A stretch of DNA of 64,000 bases from Monocercomonoides exilis PA203 (lineage: Eukaryota > Protista > Preaxostyla). The stretch spans positions 744,001 through 808,000 of the forward strand of contig LSRY02000009.1 of NCBI GenBank assembly GCA_001643675.2. Direction: 5' to 3'. Below are positions 25,501 through 38,783 of this stretch, in pieces; the stretch's first letter is position 1; each line of letters starts with the position of its first letter. The notes below the pieces were generated by a model. It did not search any database. It worked only from the letters and a program-made list of their open reading frames with translations, and was not told the DNA's origin. The position numbers were made by a program, and so were the translations under genes.

Positions 25501-27805
25501 TCCATCACGGGCACAATCATAGAAAAATCATCTTGTGGCATCGAAGCTGTCGAAAAGGTTGAAATCATCTTGTTCCCTTCCCCCACAAAGTTATTCACTG
25601 TTCTTGTAAACCTCTCCACTTTGCTTAGAATAACAGAATTAATGTTATTATTATTATAACTGCAACAATAATTATCCCTTCCACTTCCTCCTCCTCCTCC
25701 TCCTCCTCCTCCACTTCCTCCACTTCCTCCACTTCCCCCATTTCCTCCTCCTCCATTCGAAGCAAACACCACGTTTTGTCTCCTTCTCTTCTGTTCTGAA
25801 CGAAGGTCCCATTCATCCAAGCCTTGCCCGCCAGTAACAAACAGAACATTCTGTGTGGAAGAGTTGAGAAATGCTGAGTGAATAAAAGAAATGGAAAGGT
25901 TGTGAGAAAAAGGGGATTTTAAAGAGGAAGAAGAGGAGGAAGAAGAGGAGGAAGAAGAGGAGAAGGAAGAGGAAGAGGAAGAAGAAGATGAATAATTATA
26001 GTTACTTCCTTGTGTGTTCATAGAAGATGCTGTTGAATCATCAACGGTCACAGCAGGAGCAGGCAGATTAACCTGAAGATCAATACTCGTTTCATTTCTT
26101 CCTCCTCTTCCTCCCCCTCCTCTTCCTCCCCCTCCTCTTCCCCCTCCTCCTCCTCCTCCTCTTTCCCCTTCATGCAGCACCGGATTCAGCGCGTCCCTCA
26201 GCGAAAACCCATTCACAATCTTTCCAGTGCTGAAATTCGTGATTAGAATCGAGCCATCCCCAGCTCCAGACAGCAATTTCCTGCCAATCGCATCTAAACA
26301 CACAGATGTGACCCACTCAACATGGGGGAGCACAAAGCGAAAGATGTTTTTTGCTGTTTTTTTGCTCCACACATTCACCGTGTTGTGCACATCTACTGTG
26401 ATCACTTCATCAAACGTTGGGGAGAACAGAGAAGTCAACAAGGGGAAACGATGTGACACGGCATTTTGGTCAGAAATGTTGTTCTTCTTCCACAAAAACA
26501 GCCTCCTGCTGCCCATCAATATACCCCCAGCTTCTGGGCAATTAACCATCGTGTGTATGTGCGAAGAAGTGAATGGATCAAACGTCGAAATCAGCTGCAG
26601 GCAGCGCTGTGACCGCAAATCCCAAATTCTGATTGACCTGTCCAGGGAAAGCGACAAGAAATGGTTTGATTTTTCCTCAGCAACGACCGAAATCACGGGA
26701 CCTGTGTGTCCGTTGAGCTCGCCCAGAAAGCGGAGGGTGTTGGGATTCCAAAGGAGGATAACGTTGTCGAAGCCAGCAGTGGCAAGCATGTGGGCGCGCT
26801 GGCACCAGGCGAGGCAGAGGAGGCCGCGGCGGTGAGAAGGAGAAAGAGAAGAGGAAGAAAGAGAGGGAGAGGAAGAAGAAGGCAAAGAAGAAGAATTAAA
26901 TGGAGAAGAAGAAGGAAGAGAAGAACTGTCAATTTGATAAGGTGGATATGCAGCAGATAAAGTGGAATAAGAAGAAGAGGCCGAAGAAGAAGAAGAAGAA
27001 GAGGGAGAGGGAGAAGAAGAAGGTGATATTGAAGAAGTTGATCTGCTTGTCTGAAGAAAAGCATTAAAAGGATTGCTCTGTGAATCCATTGGTGAATAAG
27101 ACGAAGCATCAAATGGAACAGAAATAGAGAAAGAAGAAGAAGAGGAAGATGAAGAAGAGGAAGAAGAATTCATCAAAACCGGCCCGTAACTCACTCCCTT
27201 CCCTCTCTCTTTCTCCTTCTTCTCCTCCCCCATTCCATTCGCCGTCCCGATCGTCGTCACCAGCTGCAGTGTCTCCAACACAAAGAATTTGATTGTGCAG
27301 TCCTGTGATGCTGTTATTAACAGCCCCATTTCAGACACAAAGGCAACACAAGTTATGCCTCCTGAATGCGCTTTTGTGGACCAGCTGCCTTCGAAGATGC
27401 GCTCGTGGCAGTCACGAGGGGAATGGAGGGAGGAAGGAGAAAGAGAGGAAGAAAGAGAAGAAGAGGAAGAGGAAGAAGAAGAAGAAAATGGATAAATAGA
27501 AGAAGAAGAAGAAGGTGATATTGAAGAAGAAGAAGATTTCAATGGATTGAGAGAAAGAGGAAAAGAAGAAGAAGAAGAAGAAGAAGAAGAACTGCCCATT
27601 GGATGATTAGAGAAGGAGAGCTCAAAAGAAGAAGAGGAAGAGGAAGAAGAAGAAGAAGAAGAAGAAGAAGAAAGAGAAGAATAATTTTTGTTTGATGGAT
27701 GGAAATGAGATGATTGAGAAGGAGATGTAGAATAAGGAATGGAGGAAGAAAAAAGAGGAGAAGGAGAAGAGGAAGAGGAGGAAAAGGAAGAGGAAAAGGA
27801 AGAGA

Positions 27806-27838
<33 letters not shown>

Positions 27839-28263
27839 GTGACAAATTGCTAAGTTTTAGACGAGGGATATGAGGAGTGGAAGAAGAAGATGATGATGAA
27901 ATGGAAGGTTTTTCAAAGGAAGAAGGATAAATAGCAGGTTGTGTATAAGAACGAGGAGAAAGAAGAGAAGAAGGAAGAGGAGGAAGAAAAGGAGGAGAAG
28001 GAGAAGGAGATGAGGAAGAAGAAGAACTTGAAAAAGAAGAAGAAGAAGAAGAAGAAATATCATCAGCATTTTTATTTCGAGCAGAAGATAAATCAGAAGA
28101 ACGAAAAGGTGACAAAAGCGAAGAAGGACGAAGAATTTGATTGGAAATGGAATTTTTGTGTTTGTTTTCTTCATCCAAATTGAATGGGTCTTTGCTCATT
28201 GGAATAAGAGCTGCTGTTTGGAGTGAAGAAGAATAAGGAGAGAAAGAGAGGGAAGAAGAAGAG

Positions 28264-28295
<32 letters not shown>

Positions 28296-31200
28296 AGAAG
28301 GTGAAGATGAGGAAGAAAACAAAGCAGAAGAAGAAGGGGAAGAGGTAGACGAAGAAGAAGACGAAGAAGAAGAAAGATGATTATTTTTAGCAGGATGGTA
28401 TATTTTAGGTGGATGAAGCAGAGTTGGTGGAGAAAGAGATATTCTTCCTGTTTCTTCTCCTTCTTCCTCTTTTTCTTCTTTTTCTCCTCCTCCTCCTCCT
28501 CCTCTTCCTCTTCCTCTTCCTCTTCCTTCTTTTGCTTCTTCTTCCACTCTTCTTCCCTTCCCATCCATCATCACCACCAACCTCCTCATATTCACTTTTC
28601 CTTTCTTCTCTTTCTTCTCCTTCCTCTCCCTCTCCTCCTTCCTCTCCCTCTTCTCCCTCATCTCCTTCCTCTCTCTTCTCCCCCATTCTTCTCCTTCGCT
28701 CTTCTTCATCCCCATCTTCAGCTCTCGAAACGTTAAAGGTGTGCGCTGAAAAATGAATGCTGTGTGATTTCGGCTTCTTTCTGTGTTTGCTCTTCCGTGT
28801 GTCCTTGTTGTGTATGCACGCCCTGTCACTCGAGAGGAAGAGAGAGGAGAAGAGAAAGAGAAAGAGGAAGGAGAACTGGATGATGAGGAAGAGGAGGAGG
28901 AAGAAGAGGAAGAGTTTAATGCTAATGTTGGAATTGCTAGTGGTGTGGGAGTAGTAAACTGGTTGCGTGGATGAAGAGGAGAAGAGGATGGAGAAGAAGA
29001 GGAAGAAGAGGAAGAATTTGATGATGATGAACGTAAACCCAGTGAAAATCTGTGTGATTTGCTGAGTTCTGACTTCTGGCTGCTTCTCAGAGGGGAGCTG
29101 TTGTCATACACCACCCTCCAATCTCCTTCTTCATTTGCTCTCATTCTTTTTCCTCTTCCTCCATCCCATCCTCCTATAATATCTCCTTCTTCCTCTCTTC
29201 CCTCTCCTTCTCCTTCTCCTTCTCCTCCCTCTTCTTCCTCCTCCTCCTTCCCTTCCCTCTCAATCAGCTCCTCCATCGAGCATGCTGGTGTCAGAACAGC
29301 GCTCCTCCCCAGCGACAGCTGCGGCAGACGTGCAATTTGGATGTCTGTCAGACGAGGCGCCGCCATCAGCAGCTCCACACGCCGCGAGGGAGACAAACTT
29401 CTTCGCTCTCCTCTTCGGCAGCAGCTGCTGATATTGTCATTGACATTGCTATTGCCATTGCCATTATTATAGCCAATGCTATTTGTGAACCCCGTGCTGC
29501 TTCCACTGATGCTTCCTCTCCCCTGCCTCCTTCCTCCTCCTCCTCCTCCTCCTCCTCCTCCTCCTCTGCTCCTCCCTCTCTCTCCGCCCACCCCTTTCGT
29601 GATGTCAGCCAAGGGCTGTGCGCTGTCCACCATCAGAATCAGGTCTCCCCGCGGCTTCGGCAGCGGCTGCTGGACGATCTGCGCGAACTGGGCTGCTGTG
29701 CGGGTGAGGGAGAGGTCTGTTACTCTGTGCACCATCTCGAAGGAAAGGGCAAAGAGCTCCAAAGTGCCGTTGGCCTCGCCCACGACGAGGAGGGGGTGGA
29801 GTGAGCGGTATGTGGGGTTGGAGGCTGAGGCGTGCGCCAGGTTGGCTGGGGAGTCGATTGGGGTGGAGAAAGAGGCAGTGGAGGAGGAGAAGGAGGAGAA
29901 AGGAGAAGAGGAAGAGGAAGAAAAGGAGGAAGAAGACGATGATGAGGACGAATATGTGTTTGCTGAAAGGAAGTTGGCAGAGAGCTGTGTGGTGTCGGGG
30001 GCGTGGTAGAAAGGGTGGAAAACCTGCCTTCGAATGAGTGTGACACCATCGCTCGGCTCTTCTTCTTCGCTTGGGGTATTTCTGCTGCAGCTGCTGGCAG
30101 CAGCTTTCCGGCTGTTGAGCTTGTCAGATGCATTTGATGAAGAAGAGGAGGAGGAAGAAGAGGAAGAGGAAGAAGAGGAGGAGGAAGAAGAGGAAGAGGA
30201 GGAAGAGGAAGAGGAGGAAGAAGAAGAAGAAGAAGAAGAGCTCTTTGAATTCGAATTCTGGCTCGAATAAGAGAAAGAAGAATGCGAGTGCTTTGCAATC
30301 TGCACAGAAGGGGTCACAGCACACATGGAGAGTGGCATGGACTCGAAGTTTTTGATCTGCCCGACCGCAACAAGCGAAGGCAGCTCGTAGAAAGTGACGT
30401 GGCATTCGCTCGACGCCACCGCCACAAACACATGCGAGGAGGATCCGACGCTCTTGGGGGCAGAAGAAGAAGAGGAGGAGGGAGAGGAGGAAGAGGAAGA
30501 GGAAGAAGATGATGATGATGAAGATGATGAATCAGGAGCCACAGCAACGCCGCCTGTTGTGGAGGTGATGGCAAGCGGAGGCAGCTCGCACATTGCAGTT
30601 ATGATGAGCGGCTGGCGTGTCTTCACTGCGTCGATCTGGCGCTGCTTCTTCTCCACACTCACCGGCTTCAGCCGCGCCGCCTTCTTCCGCAGAAACAGCT
30701 GCAACGCTGTCAGCGTGCTACGCCCCGCTGTGCTTTCTCCGCCTGTGCTGCTGTTTGCACTGCTAACACTGCCAATGCTGTGGGTGTTGTCTGCTCTTTC
30801 TTCTTCATTCTTTCTTCTGTGTCTGTCGGTGACTGACTTGTTCTTGCTGATGCTGATGTTGCGGCTGCTGCTGCTGCTGCCAGTGCGTGCTGTTTCTCCG
30901 AGAAGCGGGCGAAGGCCCTGCGTTGACTGGGTGCCGTCCAGCATTTCCTGTTCGGCTGCTCTCACGTTGAACAGCGGATCTGTCAGGGTGATGGAGGAAA
31001 AAGGCTTCGTGGCTTTGGTGTGATCCACAACACATATTGGAGAGCTAAAAGTTGAATCCCACAATACTAAAATCCCATCCTCTGCTGTCGAGATGTATCG
31101 TTGGGATCTGGAAAGATAAATGCCATGGCTTATAGGATTGTCATTTGGCAAATTTTCACTTGGAATGCTCATCGTTTCGGGTTCTGATCGATAAAGTGCA

Positions 31201-31743
31201 TCCTTTTCATATCAGAAATTTTAAGAAATGATTATTTATTGAAGTTTCATTTGTTCATTTGATGTCCATCATAAATGCTCAATAAAAAGCTGACACACCT
31301 GAGAAGAATACGTTGTTTTAGACAAATCCAGATGAGCAACATAAAAAGACGAAAACTGATCCCACGTAACTAGAAGAATGAATGATCAATTTTTATTTTG
31401 CACAATCAAAATAATAAATTTAAACTTTGTCCAAGGTTATCTGCATCTATTTTTTTAAAGATTACAGAAGATTCATAATGAGAAATCAAAGAACCAAAAG
31501 TTTTTCTGATGGCTCTGTAAAACTTTGTATCGAAAAACATATTTCATCAAAAAAAAAAAAAAAAAAAGAAAATTTATGAAAGCAAACTTGTGATTCAGTT
31601 ATTCCGAAAGAAGAATATTTCGTGCAATTTTGAAAAAAATAATTTTGAAGCAACTTAATGGTTTCGAAATTTATAAGTTCACTCAGATTAGTATCGCGTT
31701 TCCATTTTCTATGCTGGTACGTGTGGAGCATGTCGAAAACCAA
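20964..31743 (-). CDS. Giant EF-hand + WD40-repeat protein (WDR49/EFCAB8-like architecture) with poly-Ser expansions, multi-exon
   Basis: 3402-aa ORF 20964-31172 with WD repeats (AHSGGITC...ITASQDCTIKFF; GHTGPVISV...SLDRSIRIWD; LSGAGDGSILI). Upstream spliced exons give the EF-hand-like FKKIDADNLGQ|ITWDQF (~31340-31470). The start is uncertain. Confidence 0.85.
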
Positions 31744-32387
31744 TTGCTTCTTTTATAAAAATTGTGTTTTGGATAATATAAATTTATTATGGGCACAGAA
31801 TATTAAACTTTTCTAAAAATTTGCTGAAAATCCTGACATGTTCGCATTTTAAAATAATTTTTGGTAAGAAGGCAGATAACGACAAGTTAAAAAATACGAT
31901 TCATATGTTTTTATTAATTTTTATTATCACCAATGAATACAATTATGATATTTCCAAAGTGGTTTTCGAATAAAAGTGATTCAAAGCTGAGAAAACCTAT
32001 CTTTAAAATCCAAAAGGAGTATTAATTTAAAAAACTTCCCCATCTTAAATAAAAAAACTCAAATCAGTTGATTAAATTAAAAGTTCACGTAAACATGATC
32101 CTAATAAGCATATTGACAAGGGGATAATCTTCATTTCCAATAAAAACTTAATAATAATAATCTCTCGTATATATCTTTGGGGTTTGATCATTAATTTTTC
32201 ATAACTGCTGCTTTATAAATACTAAAAATTTTAAGTTTTTTCGAGAATATTTATCCTATTTGAGAATTTAAACATGTATAAATGGGGTTTTCAAGGTCAA
32301 TAGTTCTTCTCAAACACAATTTTTATACCGGTCGCTATGTACCCTCTTTCATTATTTTTTAACAGCGGAAACAAGTCAATGGAGCTT

Positions 32388-32388
<1 letters not shown>

Positions 32389-32443
<55 letters not shown>
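32389..32443 (-). repeat. poly(T) tract, 55 nt
   Basis: Direct homopolymer run, a few bp from a MITE terminus. Confidence 0.95.
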
Positions 32444-32445
<2 letters not shown>

Positions 32446-32447
32446 TA

Positions 32448-33094
32448 GGTGATTATTTTTGAAATCATAACTTTTTTCGGAGTGTTGATTCTTTAAAACA
32501 TTTTTTGCATGGAAATTTTTTTTCATTTTTAAAAAAACATGATAATTGTTTAAAACAACGATGTTTGAGAACATATTCATGAAATAAGTTTTTTGAGAAG
32601 AGTTAAAACTTTTCAGTGTTATTTTTATCAGTGTTCAAAGTGGATTCATAAGCAGAAATGGGGTGAAATACGCATTTTCAAGCTTTTTTTACACAAAGCA
32701 TGAGATAATTGCTTCACTCATAACATTTCTAAACATTTACAGATTACAAATTAAATCGAATTTTCTTATCCGTAAACATCCGTCATTGATGCAATAGCAA
32801 AATGTTTTGTAACGTTACGCGAATGTCAAATTATGGACCCATTTTTATTGTGTTCTTTGATCTTAAAAAGTCAATGAAAAGTGCATATTTTTTCAATGAA
32901 AATGCGTGAAGAGAAATATTTTGCCCCAAATAACAACAACAAAAATCATCTCTGTCTTTCTATCACATCAAACTTTGTCTTTCGATTCAAAAAAATTAAC
33001 ATAACATTTCAACATAAATTTTATTTTCAAATTCATAAAATATTCAAAAATTATCTTCACCCCGAAAAAAGTTATGATTTCAAAAATAATCACC
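32448..33094. mobile_element. MITE (~650 bp) with 37-bp TIRs
   Basis: GGTGATTATTTTTGAAATCATAACTTTTTTCGGAGTG (32448-32484) and CACCCCGAAAAAAGTTATGATTTCAAAAATAATCACC (33058-33094), 1 mismatch. Preceded by TA. Confidence 0.85.
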
Positions 33095-34407
33095 CATATT
33101 CAGACGAACACTGTTGTCAATGATAGGAAAAAAGACAACTTCGATGAAGAAGATGAAAAAGTCAACATTTCAAAAGTCTGTCCCTATCAATACACCAAAA
33201 GGAACTTCGAACTTGAAGCTTCTCATCCTCGAAATGTCGACATCCAAAGGCTCTCTGCATCAAATCAACTAACTCTTCTTTCATTTTTCACTCTTCATCA
33301 AAACCTTCATGATCAGCATCATTATTCTAACTCTATCATCTTCAATATTGATGAATCTTCTTATAGACTCTCTGATTCTTTCTCAACTCTTGTTTTTCAT
33401 CCTTCCGACATGCCTCCTTGTTTCTCCAAAACACCGATGAATATTCCAAATGCAACTCTCGTTGTTGCAGCTGCAGCTGATGGATGTTGCCTAAAAAGCG
33501 TCGTTCTGTGGCCTTGTCGGAAACTGCCAGATGAACTGTGCCTTGTTCTGAGTTCGCAGTTGGATGTTTGGGGTGAAAATGAAGGCTGGATGACTGAAGC
33601 GCTATTCCTCAAACACAATGAAGAAGTGTTGCTTCCAGGGATCACGCATAGAAAAGAAACTTTGAAGAAGAATGATGAACGTTGCCTTCTCCTTCTTGAT
33701 TCTCATTCTTCAAGAGCGCAGCCTGACTTGTGGAAGATGTTTGTTGATTCTTCAATGGATGTCGTCACCTTTGTGCCCCACACCACTCACATCGCACAGC
33801 CGTTGGATCGTAGCGTATTAGCTGTTTTTTAAAAAACATTTATTTCCAATTACGAAGCACCTTCTTCTTCTTCTATTATTTTTCGACGAGAAGCATTAGC
33901 TGATGTGCTTCCACAAGCTTTTCAAACTTCTTTGTTGCCTTCAACAATCAAATCATCATTTGCGAAGAGCGGAGTGCTGTCACATCAGTGGAACGAAGTG
34001 TTAGCCAAGCTTCCAAAAGAACCTTCAGTCACTCTGAAGAAAAGAACAAAAAGGTTTGATTATTTTGGAAAATTAATTATTAACGAAGGATTTTTTTTTG
34101 AATGGAAGAAAGAAAAGAGTTAAAAAATGAAGAAAAAGATAATGAAGAAACTGAAAAGGCTTTGTTTGAAGATGAAAAACCGAAAAAAAGAAAATTCAAC
34201 CCATTGAAGATTTTAAATGATGATTATTCTGATGAAGAAAAAAAAGAAAGAAATACTCGAAAAATTGTGAAACGAGCGCTTGTTGATTATATTTATTATT
34301 AATTTTTTTTTAAAAAAAAAACAAAATCAATACACAATACACAAAAATAAATTCATTTATTTTTTGTTCGGTTTTTCAAAAAAAATATTCGGGTATATAA
34401 ATCACCC
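33095..34407 (+). mobile_element. 5'-truncated pogo/Fot1-like (DDE_1, DD35D) transposase pseudogene with right TIR
   Basis: Motifs IFNIDES, AAAADG, GWMT, LLLLDSHSSR and PHTTHIAQPLD, with 35 residues between the 2nd and 3rd Asp. In-frame TAA at 33830, frame continuing to 34123. Element end ...TAAATCACCC|TA at 34407. Confidence 0.9.
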
Positions 34408-34442
34408 TATATGAGTAATAAAAATCAATACATCTCATTTTT

Positions 34443-35889
34443 TCAAACATTAACAAAATAATGTGAAAATTTCAACGATAGTCCATGATAATATTGTCTG
34501 TTTAGAAAATCAAATAATTCATGAAATTTTGTGATGGTGTCTTCGTATCCTTCTTCTTCCAGCTTTTCAGTCACTTTCCTTTTTGAAGCTTTTCTTTTCG
34601 CTTCTTCCATTTCATCATCTTCCTCTTCTTTCAATCTTCTTGAAACATTCTTAAAGAACCGTAAGCATTCATATACCACACCTTCGCTCAACGTTGGAAG
34701 CTGTATCACCTCCAAAACAACATCAACTGCTCCTCCTTTTAATAAGTCTTCAACTCTCACACTCTATTTTCTGCTGCATTTCCCAAGGAATAAATGCACT
34801 TGTATCTAATTTCTTCATTATTCCCTTTTGCTGCTCGATAAACCTGAACAATGCCTCCAATAAGTATCGTAATTTCTTCATTCTTCAATTTGCATCTGCA
34901 AAAATAAACATAAAACATTCGAAACCATCTGATCAATGCAAATTCTTCTTTAGTTTCTTTTCCTCGTTCCACTTCTTTTCTCTTCCAATTCACAAACTTT
35001 AACAGTTCTTCTAATTCTCTTGCTGCCTCTCTCACAAAATGCAGCTCATTCACAATAACTTCTTTCAAGCTGTAATCATTGAAGCATCTGTATATAAAAA
35101 ATTGCCAAGCAGATTGATAGGCCAGATGCGTAAGATTTCTGTGTTTCTGTTGATGCTCGATGATTTCAGTTATTTCATTCAAATATAGTTCTTGTTTCAT
35201 TTCCTAATCAGAAATAAGAGGGGGAAAAAGCAAACATTAGAAAAATGAAAAAGAAGTGCGCATACACAATATCCTATTTCGCTCAAAGCCAGCAAAGCCA
35301 TTTCATTTTCTTTTCGAGTCTCTTCGCTTTCCTCTTTCTTTGAGGCAGCTTTCAGAAGGCAAGATAAACAAATTGAAAGCAATTCTGGTGTGAAGCTGCA
35401 GCTTAGAAAAAGACAGCATTCACAAAGATCAATAATAAGCTTTTCGTTCTTTTCTTCTTTTTTCTCATTTTCGTAAAAAATCATCTTTTCAAATCTTTTG
35501 TTCAATTCAGAATTATAAAAACCACGACTCCACACATTCTTCAGTACTTTGCAATATCCAATATGCTTCAGCAGCAAAATTGCATTTTCTATCGTCATTT
35601 TCTTTTCTTCAATCATTTTGTATATTTTGTTGAATGTTTCTTTGTTGAAAATTGATCTGAATTCTTTTTTATTCATTTCCTCCAAAAGTCCATTCATTTC
35701 ACAAATTTTCTGTTTTTGTTCATCTTCATCGCAATTTTCGAGATCGTCAAGCAACTCTTCAGAATAAAAAGAAAGCAAAGTGTTGAATATTTAAAAAAAA
35801 AATGAAAAATTAAACAAACTCAAAAACTTTTCTCTTGTGGGAATCTTTCGAATCTCATCGATATGCTTATCATCAATGCGCAACGTCAT
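34443..35889 (-). pseudogene. Helical multigene family copy A (3 exons, frameshift near 34760)
   Basis: ATG 35889. Introns ~35819-35757 and ~35266-35204 (GT-AG). Family motifs NAILLLKHIGY, LIIDLCEC, HRNLTHLAYQSAW, NELHF and EEEGYED. A 1-nt deletion at ENRV/RVEDLL could also be a sequencing error. Confidence 0.85.
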
Positions 35890-37206
35890 TCTGTTAATAG
35901 GAAAAAAAACGTAATATTTATTGAGCAAACATTTGTACAAAATGAACAATCGATAAATGCAAACATGTTTGATTATCTTGCAAAACGAAAAGGTTGCAAC
36001 CACAAAAACAATTGCCCGATATTTAAAAAAAGTGTGAAAAATGAATATTCACCTATACAAATGATTTCGGTTGGAAAAGGTCAGAAATGCAAATTGTTTT
36101 GCTTCTGTTTGATCAAACCATCGAAAATAATGATTCTTCAATGGATTTCGAATTTTGAGACATTTTGTTCTATGAGTTGAATTTCCTCCAGTTATGTTGA
36201 CTAGGAAATATCAAATGCCAAAAAGGAGTTTTGCTGAGGAGAAAAAGCAAAACAAGCAAATATTCTTCTTGAAGAGAAAAGAATACTAATTTTTAATAAT
36301 AAAGTGAATTAAATTAAAAAAGGCAGAGAATGTTAATGTGTGTGCGCATGAATGATTCTGTTTTTTATCTTATTTTTCTATTTCCTGTTTTCATTCGTGA
36401 TGACTTTCAGGATTGTTGAAGAAGAAAGAACTGAAAAAGCAAAAAATCAAAAAGAATTGATGATTCAAGGCAAAATGCACACAAACGGAAGGAGGACATG
36501 GAAAGCATGTTTCATTGCGAAATTAGTCCACAAGGAAAATTTGTAAAGGCCATCTCCAACATCAAAAAATACAGGGTTAAACAAATGGAGGAATTACAAC
36601 AATGATTGCTGTGAGCTTTTTTCTCAATTGTTCATTGAGCACTTTTAACACATAACAGCATTTTGGATTCAATTGCATGATAATTGGAAAGGAAATGCAT
36701 CAAAGTCAGCTGTGCTCATGAGCTGAATCTGGATGAAAGCGAGCAAATAACATTATCTTCAATAAGCAAAAATACCAGAAGTTATGAATCAGTGAATTCA
36801 GCTACTGTTTTCAAAGAATGAAGAGACCTGAAGGGAATTTTGATTCATTGTGCGAGAAATCCTTTTGTGCAAACGCAATCTTCATTCAGTCAATCCGAAT
36901 CTCTTCTCGGTGCTTCGTTGCCATATCTTGTCACAATGGATTTTAAATGTGAATTCAAATTCAAATTAATGGACTTTTCAATCCTCCGTTTTCCCCATAA
37001 AAGCCTCACAATCATCAGAGAAAATACCCGCCATTTCACTCAAAATTCATCTGATTCTATCAAAATGTTTCATCAGCAGCATCTTTCTATTCCATCATTT
37101 TATCGGTCTCTCATATCATTCAACTTCTGAAGTTGTTAAATCTGCTGAAAAGACACAACTCGCAGCCGCAGCTGTTGCTAATTCTGTATGCATCGACGAT
37201 GATCAT

Positions 37207-38219
37207 TTGAAGGATTTGCATTCAATTTCATCATCATCATCATCATCTTCCTCTTCCTCTTCCTCTTCCTCTTCCTCTTCTTTGTCTTCTTCAACTGGAG
37301 CAGCACGCGGATCAACTTCGCCATTCCGGAGGCGGAAAAGCGACGAGAAGAAGGCAGCAGAAGATGATAAGCCATCATCAGTACCTGCGATTGACCCTTC
37401 GGATGCATCTGCGGTTGCGACGTCATACGCTTCGACAGGAGCAATGGACAATATCGAGAGACGGCTGAGGGTTGTTGCATCTGAAGAATGTGAGGTGCAT
37501 GCAAATCACAAGAAGCTGTAATTGCTGATGCTTCAGTTGTAGCTGCGGGCGGTGCTATATGGAGGTGTTGTGTGTGCGTACGATGTGGCGATTTCTGCGA
37601 TGCTTTCGGTTTCGCTGGTGGCGCAGCTTCCGTCGCTTGCAGCGTCTGTGGGAACGAAGCCAGAGGGAAAGCAGATTTTTGTATCGGCTGTATGAATGCG
37701 TTCCCTTCGATCTGCGACCTGTTTGACCCTTCACTGCAAATATGGTGATCGCCGCAGTCGAGGCGTGTGGTAGTGAAGCTGGACGAGGAAGTGATGGGGC
37801 GAGGGGTTGCAGTGTGTGAAGTGGAGGAGATTGTGGAAAATGGGCTGTCGGCAGCGGGGATGAGAATGAAAGGTGTGGTTCTGTTGCTGGCTGTGCTGAA
37901 GGAGCGAAAAGAAGCAGAGGAAAGTGATTTGAATGAGGAGAAAGGCGAGTATCCGACAGCGCACAGAGTGTTTGTGGAGAGAATCAAAGAGAACCAGGGG
38001 AAGCAGGAAGAAGCGACGGAGCTGCTGGCTGTGGAGGCACTTGGGCTGAGTCGGCTGAGTATGCTGAGGTTTGTGAAAGCAGGGACTGAGGCGGACAAGT
38101 TGTATTCAGTGGAACCTGAAATGAACAGATCTTCGCCAGGAGATGATATTCAACTGGAGAACAGGAGACCAGCAGAAGCAGCAGATGGGTCATTGGGCTC
38201 AACTTCAGACAAAAATTGA
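37207..38219 (+). pseudogene. GC-rich decayed fragment, possibly of a HEAT/importin-beta-like protein
   Basis: Coding-like composition with in-frame stops. Acidic loop followed by helical segments (EEIVENGLSAAG..., LLAVLKERKEAEE). The family call is tentative. Confidence 0.3.
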
Positions 38220-38783
38220 AGAAAAGGAAGAAGAAAAGTCTGCGTTTAATTCATTTCTGGTTGATCTTTTTCTCTTTTCGGCTTAGAAGATGTATTATTT
38301 GTGAATTTGGATGGCTTATCCAAGATGCATCCATGCAAAAAATTCCAACCTTCTCTTGCTTCATTCAGCTCAGGCGAGACTGTTGTCAAAAATTGATCCA
38401 CACAAAATATTTTACAAAAATAATCTATTGTTGATCATTGCTCAAAAAACGGGTTTTGAATGAATTAGCAGAATTTCTCCTCATTACGCACATCAAAGAA
38501 GGAAAAACATGAAGCAGAAAATAATTCAAAAACGGACATTGGTAGTTTATGACAAAGAAAAAAAGCATGTGGAGGAAATGAAATACCTCGTTCGGTTGGG
38601 TGCATTTTTCAGTGAAGTTGAATCAAATTATCAGAGATCATTTGTCCTTCTGGAAGAAAACTGATTAAGGAAGATTCAACAACGAACATGGTTCCATTGG
38701 CGCAACATTTTATAATTTTAATGAAAGATTCGCTGAAAACAGCAGCAATTATTCTCCAACCGATACACAATCAAATGAAATTA

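Noticed and set aside
21080-31035. Numerous poly-Glu, poly-Leu and poly-Lys/Arg ORFs
   Set aside because: They are antisense or off-frame shadows of the trinucleotide repeats in the WD40 gene.
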